The translations under genes were made by a program, and so were the position numbers. Shown piece after piece: positions 9,228 to 19,083 of a stretch of 45,343 nt of DNA (positions within the stretch are counted from its first letter, which is position 1; every line of letters starts with the position of its first letter). The DNA lies in the NCBI GenBank assembly GCA_035551575.1, contig DASZNJ010000030.1:1-45343 (forward strand). Reading direction: 5' to 3'. Under the pieces are notes generated by a model. The model searched no databases. It was not told the DNA's origin and worked only from the letters and a program-made list of their open reading frames with translations. Origin of the DNA: Gemmatimonadaceae bacterium. Lineage in GTDB: Bacteria > Gemmatimonadota > Gemmatimonadetes > Gemmatimonadales > Gemmatimonadaceae.

Positions 9228-9321
9228 GGGTGTCAGGGGTCGGGTGTCAGGGGTCACACACGGCGCGAACAGCGAGCGTTAGCGTCCTCGCTGACCCCTG
9301 ACCCCTGACCCCTGACACCTC
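9227..9321. repeat. Long imperfect palindrome built from GGGGTCA-type heptamers; likely bidirectional terminator between convergent actF and trxC
   Basis: Left arm 9227-9256 is GGGGTGTCAGGGGTCGGGTGTCAGGGGTCA. Right arm 9292-9321 is TGACCCCTGACCCCTGACCCCTGACACCTC. The 30-nt arms are complementary with 3 mismatches. The central loop contains its own AGCGAG/CTCGCT stem. Confidence 0.7.
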
Positions 9322-9331
9322 GCCGCCCCGC

Positions 9332-9808
9332 CTAACGGCTGCCGGCTGCCGTCAGCAGCGCTTCCAGCTGCGGCAGGGGCAGCGCCCCCGACGCGCGCGT
9401 CAGTTCCTTTCCGGCGGAGAAGACGATGGACGTCGGGATGCCGCGGATGTTGAACTTCTGCGCGGTCGCCGGCGCGCGGTCGGTGTCGAGCTTGGCGATG
9501 ATCGCCTTCCCGGTGTACTTCGCGGCCAGCGCATCGACCGATGGGGCCATCACCTTGCAGGGGGCGCACCAGTCGGCGTAGAAGTCGACGAAGACCGGGA
9601 CCTCCGACTCGGAGACGGTGCGGGCAAAGCTCTCGTCGTCGAGCTTGAGCGGGCGGTCGAGCAGGATCGGCTTCGCGCACTTCCCGCACTTCGGGCGGTC
9701 CGCGACGCGGCTCGCGTCGAGCCGGTTCCAGGTGAGGCAGAACTGGCAGCGGACGGTCAGCTTCGGGCTGGCGGTCGGTGGGGCGGCGGTTCCGGCATCA
9801 GTCGTCAT
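9332..9808 (-). CDS. trxC: Thioredoxin 2-type thioredoxin with an N-terminal zinc-finger extension
   Basis: WCAPCK active site, preceded by CQFC...CGKC (two CXXC pairs). AGGAGGAG lies 3 nt upstream of the ATG at 9808. The stop is TAG at 9332-9334. Confidence 0.9.
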   Translation of the reverse strand: MTTDAGTAAPPTASPKLTVRCQFCLTWNRLDASRVADRPKCGKCAKPILLDRPLKLDDESFARTVSESEVPVFVDFYADWCAPCKVMAPSVDALAAKYTGKAIIAKLDTDRAPATAQKFNIRGIPTSIVFSAGKELTRASGALPLPQLEALLTAAGSR

Positions 9809-9890
9809 TGCTCCTCCTCTGGAACGTCGTTCTTCACTATATTTCCTGGACGGTGACCCGCACGCGCCATCAGGGAAAACCAGTCGCAAT

Positions 9891-9963
<73 letters not shown>

Positions 9964-9974
9964 CTAGTCGCAAA

Positions 9975-10009
9975 CGAAGGGCCGACGCGAGCTGCGTGTC
10001 GGCCCTTCG
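9975..10009 (+). terminator. GC-rich hairpin downstream of tRNA-Ala
   Basis: CGAAGGGCCGAC ... GTCGGCCCTTCG, a 12-bp stem. No clear U-tract. Confidence 0.5.
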
Positions 10010-10093
10010 CGTCGTATGCCAGGCGAGCCGGGATCGGTTTCGCCGCGCCCGGACCGTTTATCTTTCAGCTCCGACCGCGTCCCGATCGTGGGA

Positions 10094-10876
10094 ATGCGCG
10101 CCAGCCCAGCCGCTCACAGTCGAATGGTTTCATTCGCAGTCGCCGTATTCGCCGCGGCATCGCTCCACGCCGCCTCCCTCGACACCGCGCGTGTCGCTGA
10201 CGACACCGTCCCCGTTGCGCCGGAAACCCTGCACGAGGTCGACACCCTGCCGCCGGCCGACACGGTGCCCGCTGCAACGGTCGCCTTCGATTTCGGCGCA
10301 GGCGCCGCCCCCGGGATGCGCGCCCGGTCGCTCGAGCTCGGGGTCAGCACCGCGCCGAATCCGTACCTCCGCAACCAGCTTGTCGCGACGACGCGGCTTC
10401 GCTTCCTCCGGCGCCCGGACTCCCTGAGCGCGGAGTTCGCGCGGCGCGTGTCGACCAGCGAGCGGATCCCGGTGGTGGAGGTCGAGATCCGGCCCGGCCC
10501 CGGTGGCACGCCCATGGTGGTGCGCATGCACGACGTGCAGGTCGTCTCGACGAAGGTGACCGCCCACGGAGACGACAGCGCGCTGCGGCACCAACGGTTA
10601 GCGCTGACGGAGTCGGTGGCACAGGTGCGTGCCGACCTCGAGGAAGCGCAGCGCCAGCTGACGGTGACCGCGTCGCTGGAGAAGCGACACCTCGCGTCGG
10701 CGGTCGAGCTGGCGCGGGCACGGGGCGCCAGGTCGCTGCTCGAGGCGCGGCTGGCGGTGCAGGAGCAGCGCCTCGCCCTCGTCGAGCACGAGCTCGACGA
10801 CTGGATGCCCTTCGAGGAGGAAGTCGTCCTCGTCGCGGCAAGGGCGGAAGCGGCGACGCGTCCCGGCGCGCGGTAG
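10094..10876 (+). CDS. Hypothetical secreted protein with a C-terminal coiled-coil-like region
   Basis: Signal-peptide-like N-terminus (MRASPAAHSRMVSFAVAVFAAASLHA). The C-terminal heptad-like, Leu/Glu/Arg/Ala-rich segment looks helical. No family recognised. The start is uncertain (10094 or 10124); the track start at 10016 abuts the tRNA terminator. Confidence 0.5.
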   Translation: MRASPAAHSRMVSFAVAVFAAASLHAASLDTARVADDTVPVAPETLHEVDTLPPADTVPAATVAFDFGAGAAPGMRARSLELGVSTAPNPYLRNQLVATTRLRFLRRPDSLSAEFARRVSTSERIPVVEVEIRPGPGGTPMVVRMHDVQVVSTKVTAHGDDSALRHQRLALTESVAQVRADLEEAQRQLTVTASLEKRHLASAVELARARGARSLLEARLAVQEQRLALVEHELDDWMPFEEEVVLVAARAEAATRPGAR

Positions 10877-10896
10877 GCGCGCCGGGACGCCCGCGA

Positions 10897-11460
10897 TCAC
10901 ATCGGCTTCTTCGCGGTCGGCGGGAGCAGCCCGTTGAGCCGCATGTAGATCGCGACCTGGCTGTAGTGGTCCGCCCAATCGGCGGTCGTGATGAACATCG
11001 TCTCCGCGCGAGTCCGCAGCTTCGGGCCGAATACCGGGAACTGCTCGGCGAGCCTGGAGTCGTCGAGGTTGGCGAGCGCCTGGTCGCAGAAGGCGAAGGT
11101 CTCCTTCAGCCGGGCGACGAGGGCGTCCTTGGTCGCCCTCGCGGGCAGCTTGGTCCGGGTCGGTGCCGTGACGCCACCGATCTTTCCGCAGAGGAGGTCA
11201 TTCCCCTGCGCGAGGTGCGCCACGATGTCGGCGAAGCTCATCTGCGCGGCCGTCGGCTTGAAGCCATAACGGTCGGCCGGCATGTCGTCCGCCGCGGCCA
11301 TCAGGTTCTTCCCGGCGTTCTGTGCGTCGGCCTTGAACGCCGCCGAGACGGGGTTGGCGACGGGAGCCGCGGCGGCACGGACAGCGGCGCTGTCCTGGGC
11401 CGCGGCCAGCCGCGGGATGATGGCGACGGCGATCGTCGCGGCGAGAATGCGCGTGCACAT
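10897..11460 (-). CDS. DinB-superfamily (DinB_2-like) protein with a signal peptide
   Basis: Signal-like MCTRILAATIAVAIIPRLAAAQ. FADIVAHLAQGN and ADHYSQV segments are typical of four-helix DinB/YfiT-like metal-binding proteins. Start chosen at the internal Met (11460). Confidence 0.55.
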   Translation of the reverse strand: MCTRILAATIAVAIIPRLAAAQDSAAVRAAAAPVANPVSAAFKADAQNAGKNLMAAADDMPADRYGFKPTAAQMSFADIVAHLAQGNDLLCGKIGGVTAPTRTKLPARATKDALVARLKETFAFCDQALANLDDSRLAEQFPVFGPKLRTRAETMFITTADWADHYSQVAIYMRLNGLLPPTAKKPM

Positions 11461-11585
11461 GTGGGTCGCTCGTGGGAGGGAGACGTTCCGAAGTTGCGCC
11501 CGGGCGGTGCCCTTGTCCAGCGGGATCGTTCGCCGCGGGAGCGGCGGCACTCGCGCCCGTTCCGCGCCGGGAATAACTTCAGCGG

Positions 11586-12071
11586 ATGACCGCTACCACG
11601 TCGCCGATCGCACAGGTCCCCGCCGCCGGCGAGCACGCACCGGATTTCTCGCTGCAGTCCACCTCCGGCGCGACCGTGAGGCTCTCCGGCTTCCGCGGGA
11701 AGTCGCCGGTGCTGCTCGCCTTCTTTCCGCTCGCCTTCACGAGCACCTGCACCGCCGAGCTCTGTGAGTTCAGCGAGAGCTTCGACCGGTACGCGGGGAA
11801 GGGGGTCGCCGTTCTCCCGATCAGCGTCGACTCGGTGCCGACGCTCAGGGCGTTCAAGGCGAAGTACGCGATGAAGACGGAGCTCCTCAGCGACTTCAAG
11901 CGCGAGGCCTCGCGCGCGTTCGGCGTGCTGCGCGAGGAAACGTTCTTCTCGGAGCGCGCCTACTTCCTGGTCGATGGCGATGGCGTCATCCGCTGGATGC
12001 ACGTCGAGTCGAAGCTCGGGGACAGGCGCGACAACAGCGAGCTGTTCGACCGCATCGCCGCTCTTGGCTGA
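11586..12071 (+). CDS. Peroxiredoxin (AhpC/TSA-Bcp/AhpE-like)
   Basis: APDFSL...GKSPVLLAFFPLAFTSTCTAELC carries the PxxxTxxC peroxidatic-Cys motif. 161 aa, thioredoxin fold. Confidence 0.85.
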   Translation: MTATTSPIAQVPAAGEHAPDFSLQSTSGATVRLSGFRGKSPVLLAFFPLAFTSTCTAELCEFSESFDRYAGKGVAVLPISVDSVPTLRAFKAKYAMKTELLSDFKREASRAFGVLREETFFSERAYFLVDGDGVIRWMHVESKLGDRRDNSELFDRIAALG

Positions 12072-12120
12072 GCGCGCGGCGAACCGCCCGCGCTGACGGC
12101 ACGGGCCGCAGCAACCCCTC

Positions 12121-14295
12121 ATGGTCGAGCCGCTCGAGCTCCTCGCCCGCGACGACAAGTGGTCGTTGGGCTGCGGTGACGGGGCGATCTTCGCGCCGGC
12201 GGCGCCGCTCTGGCTGGACGTGCCCGGCTTCTGGGACGGCGGCACGATCTACCAGACGGAGGTCGCCCCGCTGTTCACCGTCGCCGTGCTCGACGAGGAA
12301 GGGAAGGAGCTCGCGCTCAAGCTGCAGTCACGGCGCTGGACACCGGCCGAGCTCACCCTCGAGTACCGGCTGTCCAACGGGGTGACGGCGACCGAGGTGC
12401 GTACCGTCCACCCCGGCGGCGTGTTCATCTCCGAGTGGCGGCTGCGCGCGCTGCGGACGGCGCGCGTCCAGATGGTGGCCTGGACGGCGCAGCCGGACGG
12501 CCGCGCCTCCGCGTTAGGCAGCGGCTGGCCGGGGGCGATCCGGATCGAGCGGCCGGCTGCCGACGCCGACGGCCACGCGACTCCGCTCGTCGTCGAGCTG
12601 TCGATGACGGGGGCGCCGAACAGCTGGGGCGCCTACGTCGGCGCGAGCGCGCAGCCGCATCCTCGCTGGGCGCAGACGCAGTTTCCCGAGCGCTGGCGTG
12701 GCGAGGGGCTGCCGCGCGAGCTGCGCGTCGCGCGCGACGCGACCGGCGGGACGCTCGTCGCCGCCGTGCACCGCGCCTGCATGGTCGGGGGGAACGGCGC
12801 GTCGGCGACCTTCGCGATGCGCGTCGCGCCCGCTCGCGGGGACCTCGCCCCGCGCGAGGCGGCACCCCCGGTTGCCGGTCGGCAGGGAACGTTAGGCGGC
12901 GTCAGCCGCCGCCGCTGGGATGCCCTGCTCGGTGCCGCCCCCACCTTCCGCTGCTCCGACCCGTACCTCGAGACCTGCTACTGGTACCGGTGGTCGGGGA
13001 TCTGGCTCAATGCGGTCACCACCCCCGCGGGCGCGTACCGGGAGCCGGTGCTCTGCGAAGGGCCCGGAGAGCGGCACATGCCGCGTGCGGCGGCGATCGG
13101 CACCGCCGTCCGCGAGCTCCGCTGGCTCGATGATCCGGCGCGGGCGCGCGGGGCGCTGCGCGTCTTTCTCGCGCGCCAGGGCGCCGATGGCGCGCTCCCG
13201 GCGCGCGTACCGCTCGACACGGCCGGGGCGCGCGGATGGGAGCCGGCGCCGTGGGGGGAGGCGCTGGCCGCCCTCGACGCCAGCGCGCCGGACGACGCGT
13301 TCCTCACCGAGGTCTACCGCCCGCTGGCGAAGCATGCCGAGTGGCTGGTGCGCGAGCGCGACCGCGACGCGACCGGGATGTTCGACGCCTTCGCCGACCC
13401 GGCGGCGTCGGAGGGGTCGCCGCGCTTCGCCGGCCGGCCGTTAGGCAGCCCGCTCAAGGCGGTCGAGGCCACCACCTGGGCGTACACGCTCTTCCGCACC
13501 CTTGAGCGCGTCGCGCCCCGCGCCGGCGCGGCCGACGACGTGCTGCGCTGGCGCGTCTTCGCCGAGCGGACGATGCGCGCGGTGCGCGAGAAGATGTGGG
13601 ACCCCGCCGAAGGGCTGTTCCGCGACTTCGACGCCCGGGCCGGCGAGCGCTCCCACGTCCGCGCCGCCGCCGGATTTCTCGTCTACGCGACCGATCTCGC
13701 CAACGCCGACCATCTCTCCGGGCTCGAGCGCAACCTCCTCGATCCCGATCGCTTCTGGACGGCATTCCCCGTCCCCTCTGTCTCGCTCGACGACCTCTCG
13801 TTCACTCCATACGGGGAACGCGGCGGGGAGGGCGATCCGGCGCCGCGCGGCGGGCGGGCGATCCCGTTCACGACCAGCGCGGTGATCGACGCCGCCGCCC
13901 GGGCCGCGGTCGCCTACGCGCCGCACCTGCGAGCCAACGTCGCCACACTCCTTCACCGCTTCATCCGTCTGCTCTTCCACGACGGAGACCTCGGACGGCC
14001 GAACTGCTACCCGGACTACAACCCGTTCACCGGCCACCCGTCGCTTGCCAGCGGCGCTGATGACCACCTGCTCGCCGCCGTCAACGACCTGATCATCCAG
14101 TACGTCCTCGGCATCCGTCCCCACGCGAACGGGATCACCATCGACCCGTTCCCCTTCGCCCTCGACCACGCCGAGCTGCGCGGCGTCCACGTCCGCGGCA
14201 AGGTGCTCGACGTCGTGGTGAACGGGGAACGCGTCACCGTCACCGCCGACGGCGTGAAGCGCGAGGAACGGCTCGGCACGCGGATGGAGCTGTAA
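12121..14295 (+). CDS. Large glycoside-hydrolase-like protein, probably an (alpha/alpha)6-barrel type (GH63/trehalase/debranching-like); family uncertain
   Basis: 724-aa ORF with good codon bias. Acidic motifs (DRDATGMFD, WDPAEGLFRDFD, YPDYNPFTG) and a C-terminal beta-sandwich-like tail (GITIDPFP...VHVRGKVLDVVV) resemble six-hairpin glycosidases. No signal peptide is evident. Confidence 0.5.
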   Translation: MVEPLELLARDDKWSLGCGDGAIFAPAAPLWLDVPGFWDGGTIYQTEVAPLFTVAVLDEEGKELALKLQSRRWTPAELTLEYRLSNGVTATEVRTVHPGGVFISEWRLRALRTARVQMVAWTAQPDGRASALGSGWPGAIRIERPAADADGHATPLVVELSMTGAPNSWGAYVGASAQPHPRWAQTQFPERWRGEGLPRELRVARDATGGTLVAAVHRACMVGGNGASATFAMRVAPARGDLAPREAAPPVAGRQGTLGGVSRRRWDALLGAAPTFRCSDPYLETCYWYRWSGIWLNAVTTPAGAYREPVLCEGPGERHMPRAAAIGTAVRELRWLDDPARARGALRVFLARQGADGALPARVPLDTAGARGWEPAPWGEALAALDASAPDDAFLTEVYRPLAKHAEWLVRERDRDATGMFDAFADPAASEGSPRFAGRPLGSPLKAVEATTWAYTLFRTLERVAPRAGAADDVLRWRVFAERTMRAVREKMWDPAEGLFRDFDARAGERSHVRAAAGFLVYATDLANADHLSGLERNLLDPDRFWTAFPVPSVSLDDLSFTPYGERGGEGDPAPRGGRAIPFTTSAVIDAAARAAVAYAPHLRANVATLLHRFIRLLFHDGDLGRPNCYPDYNPFTGHPSLASGADDHLLAAVNDLIIQYVLGIRPHANGITIDPFPFALDHAELRGVHVRGKVLDVVVNGERVTVTADGVKREERLGTRMEL

Positions 14296-14300
14296 GACAA

Positions 14301-14418
14301 GGGGGTCAGGGGTCAGGGGGTGTCAGGTGCCAGGTGTCAGGAACGACGCTACCGTTCGTCCTTCCCGCCGCGGCCCTGCCGCCGTGCCTGACTGCTGGCC
14401 CCTGGCACCTGACCCCCC
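14301..14418. repeat. Second GGGGTCA-type heptamer palindrome, between the convergent hydrolase-like gene and hsp20
   Basis: Left block 14301-14341 is GGGGGTCAGGGGTCAGGGGGTGTCAGGTGCCAGGTGTCAGG. Right block 14387-14418 is CCTGACTGCTGGCCCCTGGCACCTGACCCCCC. A perfect 13-bp pairing joins GTCAGGTGCCAGG (14322-14334) to CCTGGCACCTGAC (14401-14413), with flanking G5/C5 and GTCAGG/CCTGAC pairings. Confidence 0.7.
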
Positions 14419-14423
14419 GGCGG

Positions 14424-14912
14424 TTACCGGGAAGCGTTCTCGCCCTCGGCCACCGCGCCCTGCGTGCTCCCGCTGCGCACCTCGATCTTCCGCGGCTGCG
14501 GGATCGCGGCCTTCGGGATGTGGATCGTGAGGACGCCGTGCTCGAACGTCGCGTCGATCTTCGACTCGTCGAGATTCTTCGGCATGCGGAACGAGCGGGA
14601 GAAGCTGCCGTAGCTGCGCTCGACCAGGTGATAGCGGCGCTGCTCGTCTTCCTTGCGCTCCTCATTCTTCTCACCGCTGACGGTGAGGACCCCGTTGTCG
14701 GTCGTCAGCTGGATGTTCTGCGGCGCGACGCCCGGGATCTCGAGGGTCAAGGTCAGTTCGCTCTCGGATTCGCGGATGTCGACCGGCGGCATCCAGTCGT
14801 TCACGCGGGTCGTGCCCGTGGCACCCAGCGCGCTGAGCGTGTCGTCGAAGAGGCGGTCGATCTCGCGGCGCAGGCTCACGGCCGGAGCGGCGATCGCGGT
14901 ACGGTACACCAT
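14424..14912 (-). CDS. Small heat-shock protein, Hsp20/alpha-crystallin family
   Basis: Alpha-crystallin domain (PPVDIRESESELTLTLEIPGV...GVLTVSGEK...ERSYGSFSRSFRMP...ATFEHGVLTIHIPK). AGGAGGG lies 6 nt upstream of the ATG at 14912. The track ORF extension to 15215 is not credible. Confidence 0.9.
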   Translation of the reverse strand: MVYRTAIAAPAVSLRREIDRLFDDTLSALGATGTTRVNDWMPPVDIRESESELTLTLEIPGVAPQNIQLTTDNGVLTVSGEKNEERKEDEQRRYHLVERSYGSFSRSFRMPKNLDESKIDATFEHGVLTIHIPKAAIPQPRKIEVRSGSTQGAVAEGENASR

Positions 14913-15206
14913 AGTCGTCCCTCCTGAATGCTGGCTGTTGGTCGCGGGCAGCGCCCTCGCGCGCCCGACGCCGGAGGGGAAGGCAACCGGCATGCACGTC
15001 CGGATTTGCCAATTCGGCAACCTCGCGGAACCGTCGGCTGCCAGCGTTGCCAGGTGGATTGTCACCGCGGCATAAGTGACGAAAGGCCCTGCTCGTCGGT
15101 CATAATGTCCCGTGCCCGCGCCAGCGAAAAAGCTGGCCTCGCCTGCCGGCCGCGATGATGCGGCGGAAGGCGAAGTCCCGCGAGCCCGGACCCGCACGGA
15201 GCTGCC

Positions 15207-16768
15207 TTGACCCACGCCGCCAGACTGTCGCCCACGAGCGCCCTCAAGCTCGTCACGCCGTCGATCGCCACGATCGCCGACGTCGCGGCGTTGCTGGCGA
15301 CGGGTGACGCCCTCGACCGGGTGGTGCCGAGCGTCCTCGGGATCGTCGCCGAAGCACTCGGCGCGCGTGAGTGCTCGCTCTGGAACATCGACGACACGGG
15401 ACTCTGGCGGGCGTACTCGCTCGGCGACTCCGCGACCACCGTGGACGAGGTGCGCCGGCGGCTCGACGCGAACAGCCTGGTCGGCGACGGCCTCGTCCTC
15501 GCCCGCCTCGCCACCGGCACGCGCGCGTTAGGCGTGGTCGTCGTCGCCCTCGCCCGCGAGGTCACCAACGAGGAGTTCGTCCTCCTCACGACGATCGGGA
15601 CGATGCTCGCCCCCGCGATCATCCACGCCGAGCATTCGCGCCACCTCGAGACCGAGGTCGCGCTCCGCACGCGCCAGATCGAGCAGCAGCGGCGCTTCAC
15701 CGAGCGGATCATCGACTCGATGCCGGTCGGCCTCTACGTGATCGACCGCGAGTTCCGCATCCAGGCGTGGAACCGCAAGCGCGAGACGGGAATGCAGGGG
15801 GTCTCGCGCGAGGAAGCGATCGGGCGGACGATCTTCGAGATCCTGCACCGCCAGCCGGCGGAGCTGCTGCGCAACGAGTTCGAGGACGTGTTCTCGACCG
15901 GGCGGATCGCCGAGTTCCAGATGGAATCCTCGGCGAGCGGCGAGCACCGGACGTATCGCATCACCAAGATCCCGATGCGGGTCAATGATACGGCCGTGAC
16001 GCACGTCATCACGATCGGCGAGGACATCACGGAGTGGCGCGAGGCGCAGGAGCGCTTCGCCCAGGCCGAGAAGCTCGCCGCGATCGGTACCCTCGCCGCG
16101 GGCGTGATGCACGAGATCAACAATCCGCTGGCGACGATCGCGGCGTGCGGCGAGAGCCTGCAGCTCAAGCTCAAGGACCTCGCCGACGCGGGGAAGGATG
16201 TCCCGCAGGAGTCGGGCGACTACCTCTCGATCATCGAGCAGGAAGTGCATCGCTGCAAGCGCATCGTGAACGGGCTGCTCGAATTCAGCCGCCCGCGCGC
16301 CGCCGGGAAGGAGCTCGTCGACCTGAACGAAGTGATCGAGAAGACGCTCTTCCTGCTCAAGCACCACGCGAGCTTCAAGAAGATGTCGATCGAGCTCGAT
16401 CTCGACCGGACCGGCCGCCCGATGATCGAGGGGAACGCCGAACAGCTCATCCAGGTGTTCATGGCACTGCTGCTGAACGCGACCGACGCGATGGGCGAGA
16501 ACGGCCGCGTCGGGCTGCGCACGAGGGCCGCGACCAACCCGGGCGACATGGTCACCGCCGAAGTCACGGACGAGGGACACGGTATCAAGCGCCAGGAACT
16601 GCAGAAGATCTTCGAGCCCTTCTTCACGACGAAACCGCCGGGCCGCGGCACCGGGCTCGGGCTCTCGATCTGCTACGGCATCGTCGCCGAGCATGGCGGC
16701 CGCATCGAGGTGGACAGCCTCCCCGGCCAGGGCAGCACCTTCCGCATCTTCCTCCCACGGGGCGCCGC

Positions 16769-16772
<4 letters not shown>
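15207..16772 (+). CDS. Cytoplasmic sensor histidine kinase (GAF-PAS-HisKA-HATPase_c), NtrB/AtoS-like
   Basis: H-box HEINNPLATI, N-box LLLNATDAM, G-boxes DEGHGI and GTGLGLSI. PAS-like segment IDSMPVGLYVIDREFRIQAWN. There are no TM helices. The only available start is TTG at 15207. Confidence 0.85.
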
Positions 16773-18124
<1,352 letters not shown>

Positions 18125-18133
18125 TCTCGCGCT

Positions 18134-18159
18134 GCCTCGTGTTTTGTCTCGCACGAGGC
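18134..18159 (+). terminator. Hairpin downstream of the NtrC-type regulator
   Basis: GCCTCGTG (18134-18141) pairs with CACGAGGC (18152-18159); the 10-nt loop begins TTTT. Confidence 0.45.
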
Positions 18160-18258
18160 GGGACTACCCGGCCAGGAAGGCACGGGGCAGGCAGCTCCTG
18201 CCACGCGGCATGCTGCAGGGACATGCGGCAGGTCGCATGAGGCAGGATCCACGGCCAG

Positions 18259-18315
18259 GGTGCTGCGACGGCGGTGCTGCGACGGCGGTGGCTGCGACGG
18301 CGGTGGTGCGACGGC
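18259..18315 (+). repeat. Four tandem 14-15 nt direct repeats (GGTGCTGCGACGGC consensus) upstream of the OmpR-family regulator
   Basis: Units at 18259-18272 and 18273-18286 are identical. Units at 18287-18301 (1-nt insertion) and 18302-18315 (1 substitution) are variants. The array ends 47 nt before the ATG at 18363. Confidence 0.85.
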
Positions 18316-18362
18316 GTCGACGCCACTAGCGAACCACGGCGCACGACGAGACACTACGTCCC

Positions 18363-19031
18363 ATGAAGATTCTCGTCATCGAGGACGACCCGACCGTCGG
18401 CCAGTTCGTGAAGCGCGGGCTCGAGGAACAGCGGTGGGGGGTCGAGCTGGTCGCTGACGGCGAGGAGGGTGAGCAGCGCGCGTCGTCCGGCGCGTACGAC
18501 CTCGTCATCCTCGACATGCGCCTTCCCGGCAAGTCGGGACTCGATGTGCTCACCGCGCTGCGCGGCCGCGGGTTCGAGCGGCCGATCCTCGTGCTCACGG
18601 CGCAGGACGCCGTCGATTCGAAGGTCTCGACGCTGCGCGCCGGGGCCGACGACTACGTGACGAAGCCCTTCGCCTTCGAGGAACTGCTCGCCCGCGTCGA
18701 GGCGCTGGCGCGGCGGCCGCGGGCGATCGCGTCGGCGACGCTGCGCGTCGCCGACCTCGAGCTCGACCAGACGACGCACGAAGTGCGGCGCGGCGGCGAG
18801 CCGATCGAGCTCACCCCGAAGGAGTTCACCGTGCTCGAGTACCTGATGCGCCACACCGGTCGCGTGATGAGCCGGACGCTCATCACCGAGTATGCGTGGG
18901 GCTATCACTTCGATCCGGGCACCAACATCGTCGACGTCGTGATCAACCACCTCCGCAAGAAGATCGACGCGAAGCACGAGCGGAAGCTGCTGACCACCGT
19001 TCGCGGGGTGGGGTACGTCGTCAAGGCGTGA
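18363..19031 (+). CDS. OmpR/PhoB-family response regulator, CusR/CopR-like
   Basis: Receiver domain (MKILVIEDD...DLVILDMRLPGKSG) plus a winged-helix output domain (LTPKEFTVLEYLMRH...VVINHLRKKID...TVRGVGYVV). Confidence 0.9.
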   Translation: MKILVIEDDPTVGQFVKRGLEEQRWGVELVADGEEGEQRASSGAYDLVILDMRLPGKSGLDVLTALRGRGFERPILVLTAQDAVDSKVSTLRAGADDYVTKPFAFEELLARVEALARRPRAIASATLRVADLELDQTTHEVRRGGEPIELTPKEFTVLEYLMRHTGRVMSRTLITEYAWGYHFDPGTNIVDVVINHLRKKIDAKHERKLLTTVRGVGYVVKA

Positions 19032-19083
19032 GCCGGTCGGGCGCATGAGCGCCGCGTCGCCACGCGTCACCGCCTGACGTTCG

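Noticed and set aside
9276-9283. CGTTAGCG (9276) and CGTTAGCT (9895, inside tRNA-Ala) as additional copies of the CGTTAGGC word
   Set aside because: They differ in the GGC part. The tRNA copy is explained by the conserved D-arm sequence. Neither was counted.
14982-14997. Possible sigma-54 -24/-12 promoter for hsp20 (minus strand GTGCATGCCGGTTGCC)
   Set aside because: The spacing is right and TTGC is present, but the invariant GG of the -24 element is TG. Other TGGCA-containing sites (about 15013-15031 and 15040-15054 on the minus strand, 32198-32213 on the + strand) have the wrong GG-to-GC spacing. No canonical sigma-54 promoter was found anywhere in the window.
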